Shown here: positions 63,552-64,000 of the stretch, piece after piece | How the letters are laid out: every line of letters begins with the position of its first letter | Position numbering within the stretch: the first letter of the stretch is position 1 | Source: a virus | IMG/VR virus record: IMGVR_UViG_3300043640_000137 | Location: 1 to 64,000 of that record | DNA length: 64,000 bases | Direction: 5' to 3' (one strand) | Translations under genes and position numbers: made by a program | Notes under the pieces: generated by a model | The model's input: the letters and a program-made list of their open reading frames with translations, nothing else | The model's database searches: none | What the model was told of the DNA's origin: nothing

Positions 63552-64000
63552 TTACGCCATCGCCTCCATCTCGATCTCGTCCTTCACGGTCTGAAGATCG
63601 GCCTCGGGCAGTTCCGAGGTACGAGCAACGCCGTGCTGTGCGAGGATGTCTTTGATCTTCGCGACCGCGACCTTCTTGCTCTGCACGGTCTTCGTGATGA
63701 ACGCCTGCAAGCCATCGGCCGTCAGCTTGTCATCGTCGCCCGCCGCAGCGCCTTTGCCCGCATTCTGCGTCGTCGGCGCCGGATCGTCGGGGATGTCGCT
63801 CGCCGCGGCGCCGTTGGCGGCCGGCTTCGTGGTTGCAGCGGCGCCCTTGCCGGCAGTCGTGTCATCCGGGATTTCATCGACGGCCGGGTCTTTACGTTCG
63901 CCGCCCGTGCTGATGTTGTCCGGCTTCGGCGCCGCCTCGGCCGGCACTTCGCCCGAAGTGCCCTTCGGCGCCTTGTCGGCCTTCGGAGGCTTGTCGGCCT
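63552..64000 (-). CDS. Replication-module protein with low-complexity linker and helical C-terminal domain (5' end probably outside the window)
   Basis: Frame open to the window edge; KIKDIL..HG..R.SEL C-terminus as seen upstream of DUF2800 genes. Confidence 0.65.
   Translation of the reverse strand, partial: ADKPPKADKAPKGTSGEVPAEAAPKPDNISTGGERKDPAVDEIPDDTTAGKGAAATTKPAANGAAASDIPDDPAPTTQNAGKGAAAGDDDKLTADGLQAFITKTVQSKKVAVAKIKDILAQHGVARTSELPEADLQTVKDEIEMEAMA

Larger units (their letters stand above)
1..64000. mobile_element. Temperate tailed phage (siphovirus-like) genome segment, non-integrated form
   Basis: Terminase, portal, capsid, tail, lysis, integrase and replication genes; phage genes on both sides of an intact attP; no host housekeeping genes. 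Confidence 0.95.

Overview
The whole window is a high-GC temperate siphovirus genome segment in non-integrated form, with an intact attP (3' half of tRNA-Pro(CGG), IHF site, 26-bp arm repeats) between the lysis genes and the integrase. The host is probably alphaproteobacterial (CtrA-type boxes, GTA-like tail-tip genes). Layout: 1-4400 small leftward genes with a distinct composition and many GANTC sites. 4400-6200 non-coding control region with a 60-bp hairpin, 3x95-bp tandem repeats and a dense CtrA-box array. 6200-11500 accessory genes. 11500-14600 a fibre-like cluster placed before terL. 14600-40000 packaging, head and tail genes. 40100-43400 lysis. 43990-45950 attP/int/xis. 46000-64000 leftward nucleotide-metabolism and replication genes (DUF5664, dCMP deaminase, two NDT-like, MazG-like, T5 A1-like phosphoesterase, RuvC-like, MTase, family A polymerase, SSB, Cas4-like nuclease). 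Top finding: a 275-aa intein in motif B of the DNA polymerase has no endonuclease in its own frame, but a complete HNH homing endonuclease gene is nested inside it in the -1 frame. Other dual-coding loci are a nested gene at 21745-21999 and the xis/int overlap. A motif AGCTAC(A/T)T recurs in most intergenic gaps. All family assignments are from motif recognition by eye; no searches were run.
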